A stretch of DNA of 64,000 nucleotides from Nemertoderma westbladi (Eukaryota; Animalia; Xenacoelomorpha). The position numbers were made by a program, and so were the translations under genes. Below the pieces are notes generated by a model that had not been told where the DNA came from, ran no database searches, and saw only the letters and a list, made by a program, of their open reading frames with translations. The stretch spans positions 1,492 through 65,491 of the forward strand of contig JAUCBJ010008850.1 of the NCBI GenBank assembly GCA_032718475.1, read 5' to 3'. Each line of letters starts with the position of its first letter. The stretch's first letter is position 1. Positions 21,401 to 29,847 of this stretch are shown one piece after another.

Positions 21401-24253
21401 AGTGACAACGGTTTTGGTGTGGCAGCGTACTTGCGCAGACAAGTAGAATCAGACGAGTTCGATGTTTCGCTCATTACTTCCAAGGCTAAGACCATGCCTA
21501 CTAAGTATATGACGACACCACGAGCCGAGCTACAAGCCGCGACCCTGTCAACCACCATCGTGAACCTCATACAGACAGAACTACAGTCGAGTTTACAGAT
21601 ATTTTATTGGACTGAGGCGACGTTGGTTTTATTTTACATAAACAACGACACACTCGAATTCAAGACATTCGTAGCTAACCGTCGCGCAGAGATTCTAGAC
21701 CGTTCGATAAAAGAGGATTGGCGACATTGTCCAGGACCACAAAACCCAGCTGATATTGCGTCGCGAGGAATGATGCCTGAGGAATTCTGTAAACCGGAGA
21801 ACAAAGGGTTTTGGCAACACGGACCCCAGTTCTTGCAGAAATCGACACAAGATTGGCCTCCGTTATACGACAACAAGTCCAACACCATTCCAAAGGACGC
21901 CGAAATCAAGAAACCAAAAAAGGGGAAGACAAAGAAAAGGACAACGGCGGCAAAACTCAAGAAAAAACCGAAGGCAAAATGGAAGGATATAACTTCAAAG
22001 GTCAAGAGAGGAAGACTTGCGAGCCTTTCTACACCAGACATATCGCCAGACGGTCAACCAGACATGTTACTAGACAGCCAACCAGACATTTTGCCAGACA
22101 TATCACAAAATGTTCCACCAGACGCTAGTAACACACTGACAAACAGTAAAGCCGCAGTTTCCCTATTGGAGCGGCCTTCTATTGACAAACAACCAGATAC
22201 GTTACCAGACGTATCGCCAGACACATTACTAGACAGTCGACTAGACATTTTGTCAGAAACATCACAAAATGTTCTACCGGACATTAGTAATGTATCGACT
22301 AACAATAAAGCCGCAGTTTCCCTATTGGAGCGGCCTTGTATTGACAAACTACCAATTTTGACACACTTGAGCAACCATAAGCACGGTGAAACCTCATGTA
22401 TTACAGATGTGGGTAGTACCTACGCTAATGTAAATACAGGTGTTACTTTGCGCTCAAGAGACATACCGAACTTGCAACCTACGGTGAGACCTGGGATTAA
22501 TGTCGGCAGGAAAATAAGTTTACCGAAACCTGCTGACCCCATAGAGTTCAAACCACCATTAACGATCGACTTACAAAGTACCGACAATCAAGGTAAGAAG
22601 ACAAAGAAGGACAAATTACTTGTAGACCCCGACGGATCAACAGTCAACAAGGGAATACTTACCGGCGGACCCGTGGGCCCTTCTAGTAATTTAAAACCTT
22701 CCAAAATCTCCATTGACTTACCTGATGACGTCACAAATACTCATGTCGACCGTATTGTAAACTTAACAGATTCTTGGTCAAACGCTTGCCGAAAATTAGC
22801 GTGGATTGTACGTTTTGTACAATACGTTAAAGGCAAACGTGACTTTACACGTCGACTTACATTGGCTGAGATTGACAGGTGTGAGATTAAATTAATTCGC
22901 CATTATCAAATGCGATATTTCGCGCGCGAATTCACATCTATAAATCAAGGTCAACCAATCAAGTCGTCACCGATACTGAGTTGGAGTCCGATAATTTATA
23001 ATGGCTTAATTTGTCATAAATCTCGGCTTCAAAACATTGACTTTAATACGAATTTTAGATACCCAATAATAATACCGCAACACCACGAACTACAACGTGC
23101 AATGATACTGGACGCACATTTACATCTGAAACACGCTGGAAGACACCACTGTCTTTCCTACTTACGTACTAGATTTGTATTAATTAGACCCAGTAAAGCG
23201 TTAAGTTCAGTGACACGTACGTGTATTATTTGTAAAAAGGTACATTCTAGAATAGGTACCCAAGAAATGAGTGAACTACCACAAGCACGACTTCAAGCAT
23301 TCAAACCACCTTTTACAGAGACTGGAATTGATTGCTTTGGTCCCATACATACGAAACGTGGACGTATACTAGTAAAACGCTGGGGACTGATTTTCACATG
23401 TATGTCCAGTAGGGCAGTTCATATTGAACGTGTGATGGATCTTTCCACTAACGCGTTTATACTAGCACTGCGGCGATTTATCGCTAGACGCGGACTAGTG
23501 AAATGCTTGTACTCAGACCAAGGGACAAACTTTGTTGGTGCTCGGAATGAGATTGCTAGAGCCTTTAAGAAATTAGATCATGATCAAATCTCAAACGAAC
23601 TGCAACCTCACAAGATTGTTTGGAAGTTCAATCCTCCAGATAGTCCTTGGAGAGGCGGAGTCTGGGAGAGACTGATTAGATCTATAAAGACAGCAATGGC
23701 AAAGGTCATTCCAGTAAACCACATATTAACAGACGACCAACTGACAACATTGTTTGTTGAAATCGAGGCAATACTAAATACTAGACCAATAGTATTAGTA
23801 CCCGATGACAAACAATCTCAGTTTGCTTTGACACCGGCACACCTGCTAATGCAGGCACCGACGACTTTGACACCGATTTCTATTCCAATAGAAAGCGACA
23901 GCTACGGTAGAAAAGCGTGGAAAATCACGCAACTACTGGCTAACAAATTCTGGGAAATATGGCAAAACCATTATTTGCCCTCTATTTCTGCCAGAACAAC
24001 ATGGTACAATAACACCCGCGCATTAAAGCCGGGAGATCACGTGCTGTTGGCAGAAGTGAATCTAAAAAGACGCTTCTGGATAACAGGTGTAATTTTAGCC
24101 ACACATCCATCTATGGATGGAGTGACAAGAACTGTGACGGTACGAACAATTGACGGTCGTACAGTAGACAGACCGACTCAACGTCTCGTACTTCTTGAAG
24201 AAACTCGTAACGAGTCTGGAGACTACAAATCTCCACCTAATACTAGTAAATAA
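15455..24253 (+). CDS. BEL/Pao gag-pol polyprotein (2932 aa)
   Basis: Coiled-coil N-terminus; DUF1759-like PPKFSG..EKFNYL; Cys/His fingers (CWRCTRHGHVRKDC, CPSCGRNH..LLH); protease LDSAS; RT YYLPHH/FYVDD; RNase H FSDAS..PRAEL..NPAD; integrase HHCC, IDCFGP, SDQGTNF, GGVWERL. Confidence 0.97.
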   Translation: MSDKQDYTKNTQTDYDSCDGDKSAAEEQQGKTREPTEPTPCASPVHPTGVPDAVVRGDGRTEDFLTVPQPRYRETEMVSSAGSTESVVRSVGGYMVHITRSIGEGQRILDGLTAPMSRFEFYTLQVRVQSKVYKSVDNLVGLQDLARQRQDMDTQLRILEKLMIAREKLIQFKSTIRQIQQEQADQLLGESVSDELLQPEEEQELYRLDGQLKHLTDHLRMCGEDVGDLETVPEYTRETSFAQIESAPGILNQSLVSIRSEICEGSMVTSEVARQQQQFYRQQHDMEEQAQLLMIQTAVEEEKIRVANVARISHLQEQAELEAAEMERLELDIAQQAAAAKLAQRTATAELERQTAAAELERQTAAAELERQTAAAELERQTEVAELERKRLVSEARVEMKTRQIKAQQAIRQAEFEAQQQQTEQREKEVKLRFELEKRARELAETKENLDLLARDRSMRSRDGHDLDQLEVRHRQIQERMKEGSVGAPGRERQLVKDLCQRFPQVTPMFAPVTTKEPVSIAGSSDISPIHGVTEHRFVIPDKFIPSRATSSPILRVKVSNPPITDRSSLLTGPALLTTKQVSPPLTPKPVTHYEYPMTFRPTRPVDSNAVIRPPVQFASQSTTSRKTCEPTEQRRPVDTRPLNQFTSQSTTSRKTCEPTEQRRPVDTRPLNQFTSQSTTSRKTCEPTEQRRSVDDVPKRNVKIRTTQRTRARRPPYPDDSSTSSESDYPKREVFRTGAADEYKRERSDNSFADNPPQNTPTPKALQPTDAISTQQFADILRPVVNKLAQIEERLEEGYTDSSRNSEFEHNRHPKAPQRPVPSNPTSYQGKAPRRENINQTTNQGRETLNVAEEIAKFAARQGLPVQQPPKFSGSSKHWHTFVDYIESQIAVCAFTSREKFNYLLQTLSGEPKRLAETFVGVPDAFELAYDRLTSIYGGTVSMARSVIEELCKGGAITKPVDLLKLADEIKNAITTLRSIGQLDYGNTPTVLLKIIGRLHHRLRREWRKVEYQREERGGFLKLEDVYLLISREAVVETRSNYTDQHIVAEGITLPSSNRQKPQTTSTKTATYATPTESRQFSDGNRVSAPIGTKQTRQQLSTDFNGCQYCEHLGKRYIGHKLRGCRQFRELNSEERRLQIRPLDSCWRCTRHGHVRKDCPNTDTCPSCGRNHDGLLHTDSHTPTKRFAREHPEAAARCDAAYRKRESKTTPTFVTHIEDCFSEQSGSSDEESEDDDEYSNGDEQPSIALLTTDQLKGFSVIPIKVTGTKGSKRIYAILDSASSHSYVDEKIADVVTDLRQGKHVSYTVSSMHGQRAIPVTRVKLDLDSLLPKSQHSERERSLLPFRDLTFAATKDFSNLLGPVPEQSLEDRKYFRHLGVPECPVNYRSVAMLIGTDQFNLHQVWETRPSAVVAGNAYACRTPIGWYTRAPVRTLDVSDEEDDVQSTCSLLTTNSIHSFSHDVNHTTLQSTKHDRRVTSMISHKEQLIHKVSLELGEKMSQLEIPSTTDDRLASLPTPITSTVPVDIDDDALKIHQLEQADLDKELTEKTIRWFEQDTAEPGSYEPCMSEQEKQSLKIMEDTIRQTEDGHYEVGMLWRSQSPKLINNYPLALRRLHSIRQRLLKDEKAHLQYNTQMETYLTEGYAIRMTNPERVTDQTYYLPHHYVRHPDKPDKVRVVNDCAALFEGMSLNSELMDGPNMNNYLMGVIMRFRQRQVAFTCDVEAMFHQVKALERDKDSLRFLWYPEGDLSLPPATYQMQVRVFGARDSPNCTMYALKQAARDQKHLYDPEIIRIVERDFYVDDGLQSCDTVERATTVAHQLRDCLAGGGFNLTKFASNSAELVDSFGTTERGGGDIDLEFEPLPTTKVLGLFWDPNTDNFRVKVRLDSQGNTLTKRSCLSKLSRLFDPLGFISPVILQARIYMRSIWKDGLTWDEPISSDQVDLWKTWEAELSSLEDYFIPRVYFPLQSTFPDNLELHCFSDASDNGFGVAAYLRRQVESDEFDVSLITSKAKTMPTKYMTTPRAELQAATLSTTIVNLIQTELQSSLQIFYWTEATLVLFYINNDTLEFKTFVANRRAEILDRSIKEDWRHCPGPQNPADIASRGMMPEEFCKPENKGFWQHGPQFLQKSTQDWPPLYDNKSNTIPKDAEIKKPKKGKTKKRTTAAKLKKKPKAKWKDITSKVKRGRLASLSTPDISPDGQPDMLLDSQPDILPDISQNVPPDASNTLTNSKAAVSLLERPSIDKQPDTLPDVSPDTLLDSRLDILSETSQNVLPDISNVSTNNKAAVSLLERPCIDKLPILTHLSNHKHGETSCITDVGSTYANVNTGVTLRSRDIPNLQPTVRPGINVGRKISLPKPADPIEFKPPLTIDLQSTDNQGKKTKKDKLLVDPDGSTVNKGILTGGPVGPSSNLKPSKISIDLPDDVTNTHVDRIVNLTDSWSNACRKLAWIVRFVQYVKGKRDFTRRLTLAEIDRCEIKLIRHYQMRYFAREFTSINQGQPIKSSPILSWSPIIYNGLICHKSRLQNIDFNTNFRYPIIIPQHHELQRAMILDAHLHLKHAGRHHCLSYLRTRFVLIRPSKALSSVTRTCIICKKVHSRIGTQEMSELPQARLQAFKPPFTETGIDCFGPIHTKRGRILVKRWGLIFTCMSSRAVHIERVMDLSTNAFILALRRFIARRGLVKCLYSDQGTNFVGARNEIARAFKKLDHDQISNELQPHKIVWKFNPPDSPWRGGVWERLIRSIKTAMAKVIPVNHILTDDQLTTLFVEIEAILNTRPIVLVPDDKQSQFALTPAHLLMQAPTTLTPISIPIESDSYGRKAWKITQLLANKFWEIWQNHYLPSISARTTWYNNTRALKPGDHVLLAEVNLKRRFWITGVILATHPSMDGVTRTVTVRTIDGRTVDRPTQRLVLLEETRNESGDYKSPPNTSK
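17303..17540 (+). repeat. 84-bp (28-aa) in-frame tandem repeat x~3 in gag; a 27-bp AAAELERQT repeat lies at ~16490-16620
   Basis: GGAAGAC recurs at 17331, 17415 and 17499. Confidence 0.9.
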
Positions 24254-24914
24254 TTAGGAGTTTGTTTACAAATAGATTTCCACGTACCTGTACACCGTAG
24301 TAAGGACAGCGGTAGAATTCCATTGTCTTTATATGTGAACATTGAGGGTAGTACCCTTATGTGTCACATAGGAGCGGGATTTGTAGGTATAAGAAATGGA
24401 ATTCTACTTGGAACTCACAATATTGAGACATTTTCGAAATTTTAGACAATCCATTTGGATTTGAAAAATTTTAAAATTTTCTCCAGTGAATAGATTTCAG
24501 GGTACAGTCGGGTGGAACTTAAAATTAGAGAAACAAGAGAGGAAGACTTGCGAGCCTTTCTTAAAATTTTAATTAAATTTTACACGGTCTTGTTTCAATA
24601 AGTTACGTCAAATAGACTCCCCTATATTTATTACTAATTCTTGATTGCTTATTTTCTGATAATAGTTTGGGATCAAAAGGTGAGTATTTTAGACTCACGG
24701 CCAGTTTAGCCCAAATTCGTTTTTACTTCGGCAAAAATTTTAGATAAGAAGCAGCGTGTCATTAAAGAAACCTTAGATCTTAGGCTATGGGTAGGAGGTT
24801 AGAGCGTTGTCGAAGCCCAAAAGGCAGACGAAACTCTCACGTCTCCTCACAACTAACCACAAACTCTGTTGTATTCCCTCTAGTAGTAATGATTATGTAA
24901 CTACACCTCTAATT

Positions 24915-25250
24915 ATGGAGAAAGGGATACAAGGAGAGCCGAGATGGGGATATGATATCCAAGAGGAGGCAGCAGCGCCATTCAAAAGATTTGGAGCCAA
25001 GGACTACACTATATTTGGTATAAAGGAATTATCAGAAAGTACAGCGAAGCTCGCAAAGACAGCAATGCCTTTACTCGAGCAGGATTTAGCATATTTCGAG
25101 ACGTGTATCTTCGCTGTGCGGGATCTCTTATCGAAAGACCATCTATGTTTACATTGTTACCCTATGAAGGAGAACGTATCGTGGAGATTACGGATGAATC
25201 ACGGCAGACGCGCGCGCCTATCGGTCACCTTGGTGATGAATTCGAAGTAA
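24915..25250 (+). CDS. Accessory ORF2a of BEL element (probable N-terminal, zero-frame part of ORF2)
   Basis: attATGG start in good context after a splice acceptor at 24883; overlaps the -1 frame ORF by ~295 nt. Confidence 0.55.
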   Translation: MEKGIQGEPRWGYDIQEEAAAPFKRFGAKDYTIFGIKELSESTAKLAKTAMPLLEQDLAYFETCIFAVRDLLSKDHLCLHCYPMKENVSWRLRMNHGRRARLSVTLVMNSK

Positions 25251-26617
25251 CTACTACGATCACCGACGATCCTTTAGAGGAACTTCTTGAGATAGAAAGG
25301 AACCTCCCGAAGAAATCTCAGACGGAGATTCGACAACTTGAAGCAACGGATGCTATAGTTTGTATACAACCTTCAGAAACCTACCAACCCATAGACCCAG
25401 ATGATTACGATTATAGTATGGGAGGAAGCGCTCGACCGATTGGAGATCTTATATACGAACGAGTGTGGTACCCTGCCAATACGATGTGTAGTAAATGTGG
25501 CGTCGCTGGACATCATATGGCAAAGTGCAGTGGAAAGCACATTACTACGACTCAGCTAATCTGTGGATGGTGTGGGGATCAAGGGTCTCATACCTTTTAT
25601 ACTTGCTGGAGATTTATGGCTCAATGTACTTACTGCAATATAAAGGGACATCGAGCATCTGAATGCCAACTGAGAGACATACCTTATGAACACGAATCTG
25701 TTAAACTCGTGAGGAAATTATTTGATGAGTGGGAAGATTTGGCCGACGAACATGTATCGGCACAGAGAAGACGGTTTCCGATGAGAGCGCATCTCGGATT
25801 TTGGGCGGTAAATCCCCAGACGATGATGTCGGAAGGATATATCTCCGCTATGCCCCAATATGACGAACTTATCGAGGTTGTCGATATTTTACCCCACGAC
25901 AGCGGATTCCGAGTGGTGCGCGAGTATCTGTTACAAATTCACCCGGATAACAAAAACACGTGGAATTTTCAGAAAGTCGTTAATCGGATTACGTATGGTG
26001 AATTCGATCGTTTCCGAACTGAAAAGCGGAACAAGGGAGCTTGGTTAACCGTCGCATGGGCGTACCGAGCCGCGTTTTACCACAAACGTATACGAGCGAG
26101 CGTATTCGAGGAAGAAGAGGTCCTAGAGGCGACGAATATACCAGCCACTCCGGTTGCGCCGTCTGCACGTCACCCTCGGGAGGACGGACAGGGTAGGATC
26201 ATACGGGTCCAGAAGGTGGGCCAACATTTGAAGAAAATTATTAATGTAGAAGAACGCAAGGGAGTTGAGCCGACCATTCGAGTTACTCGGGATACGGTAT
26301 CACTTCCAAGAGAACCAGTAGGAGGATCGGGACATACACCAGCTGATCAACAGGGGGCGCAAGCTACTCTTGGGTCTGCGTCGTCCGCTTCTCACGCGTT
26401 CCCAGACGTTCTACCAACTGTAGTGACAACTGATCGGTCACGAGGAATCGGTCGAGGTTTTGGGATGCCAAATAGACGAATTTGCGAGGAAATAGTCGCA
26501 CCGTCTCTCAACGTCCCAAGTAAACCAGTGACTCGCCCCACAAGTCCCATATCGCGAGCAAAGTCACCTGTGCGCAGTTTTCGAGGACGCGGCAGGGCTC
26601 GATCTACTAAGCGATAA
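24956..26617 (+). CDS. Accessory ORF2b: triple zinc-knuckle protein with basic RS/RG-rich tail
   Basis: Frame open 24956-26617 (track ORF 25103-26617); CSKCGVAGHHMAKC, CGWCGDQGSHTFYTC, CTYCNIKGHRASEC; tail SPISRAKSPVRSFRGRGRARSTKR; no signal peptide or TM segment seen, so not env. Confidence 0.85.
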   Translation, partial: YPRGGSSAIQKIWSQGLHYIWYKGIIRKYSEARKDSNAFTRAGFSIFRDVYLRCAGSLIERPSMFTLLPYEGERIVEITDESRQTRAPIGHLGDEFEVTTTITDDPLEELLEIERNLPKKSQTEIRQLEATDAIVCIQPSETYQPIDPDDYDYSMGGSARPIGDLIYERVWYPANTMCSKCGVAGHHMAKCSGKHITTTQLICGWCGDQGSHTFYTCWRFMAQCTYCNIKGHRASECQLRDIPYEHESVKLVRKLFDEWEDLADEHVSAQRRRFPMRAHLGFWAVNPQTMMSEGYISAMPQYDELIEVVDILPHDSGFRVVREYLLQIHPDNKNTWNFQKVVNRITYGEFDRFRTEKRNKGAWLTVAWAYRAAFYHKRIRASVFEEEEVLEATNIPATPVAPSARHPREDGQGRIIRVQKVGQHLKKIINVEERKGVEPTIRVTRDTVSLPREPVGGSGHTPADQQGAQATLGSASSASHAFPDVLPTVVTTDRSRGIGRGFGMPNRRICEEIVAPSLNVPSKPVTRPTSPISRAKSPVRSFRGRGRARSTKR

Positions 26618-27385
26618 AAGGGAGGGCAAGGGTGGACGGAAGACTCGTGGGCCTTTCTTATGATTTGTGATTTATTTTGAATTATATGTTTTATATTTAG
26701 AAAATTTAGTAAAACTTATATTTTATATTTGTGCTTATTCCGAACTTATGCAATTTGTATTGTTCCGAATTTATGAAATTTAGAAATAAGAATTTATATT
26801 TTGTAAAACTTATATTTAGTAAAACTTATATTTTATATTTGTGATTATTCCGAACTTATGCAATTTATATTGTTCCGAATATTATGCAATTTATATTTTA
26901 TAAGCAGTATTTGTATTTACAGTGAAATAGAAAGTTTTATAGATAGAAAAATTTGTGCTCAGAAAGACTCATATTTGTAATTATTCCAAACTTATGCAAT
27001 CTACATTTAGGTACGAAAGTATTTGTAATTACTTGAATTTATGCAAATATTTGAGATGCAATAGTAGATGGAAGACTCGCGAGCCTTTCTTATTGTTTTA
27101 ATTTGTTTGTGTTTGTAATTGTTTAAATTTATGCAATATTGAGATGCAATAGATTTATATTGGTGAATTTAATTTAGATTTATATTGTACTTACTTAGTA
27201 AAGCCTTAAATACGTAAAGTTTGAATTTGTAATTATTTTTGTATCGAATCATTACGTAGAAAGGAAGTATTGTATGAAATTTAATTGTAAATATGTAAGT
27301 ACGCCCTAAGTATTCTATAGTTTAATTGATTATTGGTGAAAACCGTATATTTTATGCACGATAATATCCTGTTTTCATGGAGCGG

Positions 27386-29306
27386 TATAGAATTATATTC
27401 CCTAAATGCCGTGGATTTTCAAAATTTTATTTTATTCGGATTAACTTTTGTAAAGATTGCTTTGAGTTCTCATTAGTATTGGTTCTATCTATTGTACATC
27501 TATCGGTCAAGTGGTTCAGTAGCTCAGTTGGTAGAGCGTTGGAAATTATATGTGTAGTAGGTATCGAGTTCGAATCCTAGTAAGTGCGAATTATTTTTTG
27601 TACAGAATTTCAACTCGTTTAAATTAACCGCTACAAATTAATTGCATTTGTCTGTACCAATGAGACTGTAGTTATTTGATTGTAACCAATGTCGTGCAAG
27701 TTATATATTAGCTGGACCAATAGCTATCTTTAAAACCTTGTTAGAACCCATAGAACAATCGAGAATTTTCTCGATTGATTGCGGCACAAATTTGCTATAA
27801 AAGGGTGCGATTTGTTCATTAGTTATTATTCTATATTACTCTCTCAGTTATTCAGTTATCTGATATTTGTTTATTCTGTGATTAGTTTTCAGATTACATC
27901 GTATTATAATTATATCTTCTGTAATAAAGTCAGAATATTCTCTCAGCTTTTCTATCTGTTTTACTATGAATTCACTACGGTGAACAAACTCAGGGACAGG
28001 ATGGCCGGCTAGAGATCGGGCCGCAGCAATGAACGGGAACATCACGGGAATGTAGACGAGAGACAACCCGCAATACCATTTAGAGTTATTCGCCCATCGC
28101 CTGAAAGGTTAGACAGCGTTCGATCCTTGCTACCTAAGTGTAAGACCAAAAGATCAAAAGGTAGACGTAGTGACACGCTGTAAGCCCAAAATTACATCAT
28201 AGGGACTGTACTGTCTTGATTCAGGAAAAACCCACAGTAGACCTTCACATTCCTACGGGGGGAGAGAGAGCGCAGGCAGATACTAGTACGCAGATAGGAC
28301 GTAGGCACACCGGTACAAGGCATACACATTGGTTAGGGTGCAGCAAACTGTACGCTTAACTCTTGCTAAGTACAGGTGTGTGTGCGACTATTTGCAGTAC
28401 GTCAGTGTCCATTGCATTAGAACTTGTAGGCTAGGGGGGTTGCTGTGTTTTCACCTGAATTGGGATTGTACCGTTCGGGCGGTAGGGCAGTTTACACTAG
28501 GCGCAAATAAATTGAGGCTATCAGGGATATACTAACATCTACCGTGTCCCCGCCAACGCCCTAATAGGAAGTTACCCGGACTACCTGGGTGACTAAAATT
28601 CTAGATAGGAGCCAGGATAGCTATTAGTACCCGTACGCCTACAGTAGTAAACTAACACATCTCTTCTTAGTATCAGGGACCTGGTACCTAAAATTGCCGA
28701 ATTCTGGGCGTAGTATTAACCTTATGCCTGAATTTGAGTCCTGGAAATACGCAAGAGGGGAAGGAACCTTATCATTCGTGAGTATTGGACCTACAAGTTA
28801 TAAAATTGGAATATTCGTAAATGCACACCGTACCCAGTAATTATATATGTGAAGGAGCAAAACTGTTTTGACCGTTCAGAATTAACACACGCGCGTTAGA
28901 AATTATTTACACCTCGAAATATATAAAATTAACTTTGTCCGTACTGTGCTTTGCCCGCTAGTTAGACATCTCCAAATCTCTGCCTGTACCTAGCTAGCGT
29001 CTCTTTGCCCAACCATATAAATCACACCGCGGCAAAGTATACGAGCCCCTTAGTCCGTCAGTGAGTCAGCCTGATTTTAGGATTCGCTGCGCGGGATTTT
29101 GTTTTATCGAAGTTTGTCTGCTCGTAGACTGTTTTCTGCCTCACCGGTTATAAGAGATCGATACTGCAATATATTCGCTTACTTAGAGTTTACTGTTTTG
29201 GTGAGAAGGTCGGATTTATGATTTGATTTACAAACTTTACAGTAGGATATTGCAGGTATTGTTACCGTCTTTTCGTATAGTAGGAATAGGCGTATCTCTT
29301 CCAATA
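27386..29306 (+). repeat. 3' LTR of BEL element
   Basis: Direct repeat of 12725-14645, followed by TSD ACAGG. Confidence 0.97.
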
Positions 29307-29847
29307 ACAGGTGTTGTACTTTATTTAAGTTGGTGTAATATCATTACACGATTATTTTCTCCTGAATATCAGTTAACAATTTTTACCAAAAACAACCCGG
29401 TGATGACTAGCTTGACATGTGCACATATCGCCCCGACTCTAGAACTCTAGCTTCCTACTGTATGTTTAACGCAGACTCCGGATAAGGAATGTTGATTACA
29501 AAGTTATCAGGCCTGTCATTAATTATTTAGGAGGTCATCTCATAAGCCTGAATATCTTATAAACAAAAAAAAATATAATAATCTCAAATTGCCGCAATGT
29601 GAAGGTAATCCAATATTTTCACGATTTTCCAAATTGGTTCAACGCATTACAGAACGCTGTTTCCAAAATTACTGATTACAGGTACTTTTTAAATTAGTTT
29701 TACTATTATAAAGATTACTTTAATGGGGAGTTGGTGCACAAAGGTAAATTACGATAAACAAAGTATCTTACAGTATAAAACCTCCTTCGGTTTCTAATGA
29801 ATACAGAAACTTCCTCTGTTGAGACGAGTTATAAAGTCAACACATTA

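Larger units (their letters stand above)
12725..29306 (+). mobile_element. Full-length BEL/Pao LTR retrotransposon (16,582 bp)
   Basis: Two 1921-bp LTRs; 5-bp TSD ACAGG (12720-12724, 29307-29311); single gag-PR-RT-RH-IN ORF with BEL motifs; short purine tract GGAGCGG (27379-27385) before the 3' LTR. Confidence 0.97.

Noticed and set aside
15496-23811. Antisense and alternate-frame ORFs within gag-pol
   Set aside because: Shadow ORFs of a long coding sequence, with no independent motifs.
25103-26617. env gene
   Set aside because: No signal peptide or transmembrane helix seen; zinc knuckles instead.
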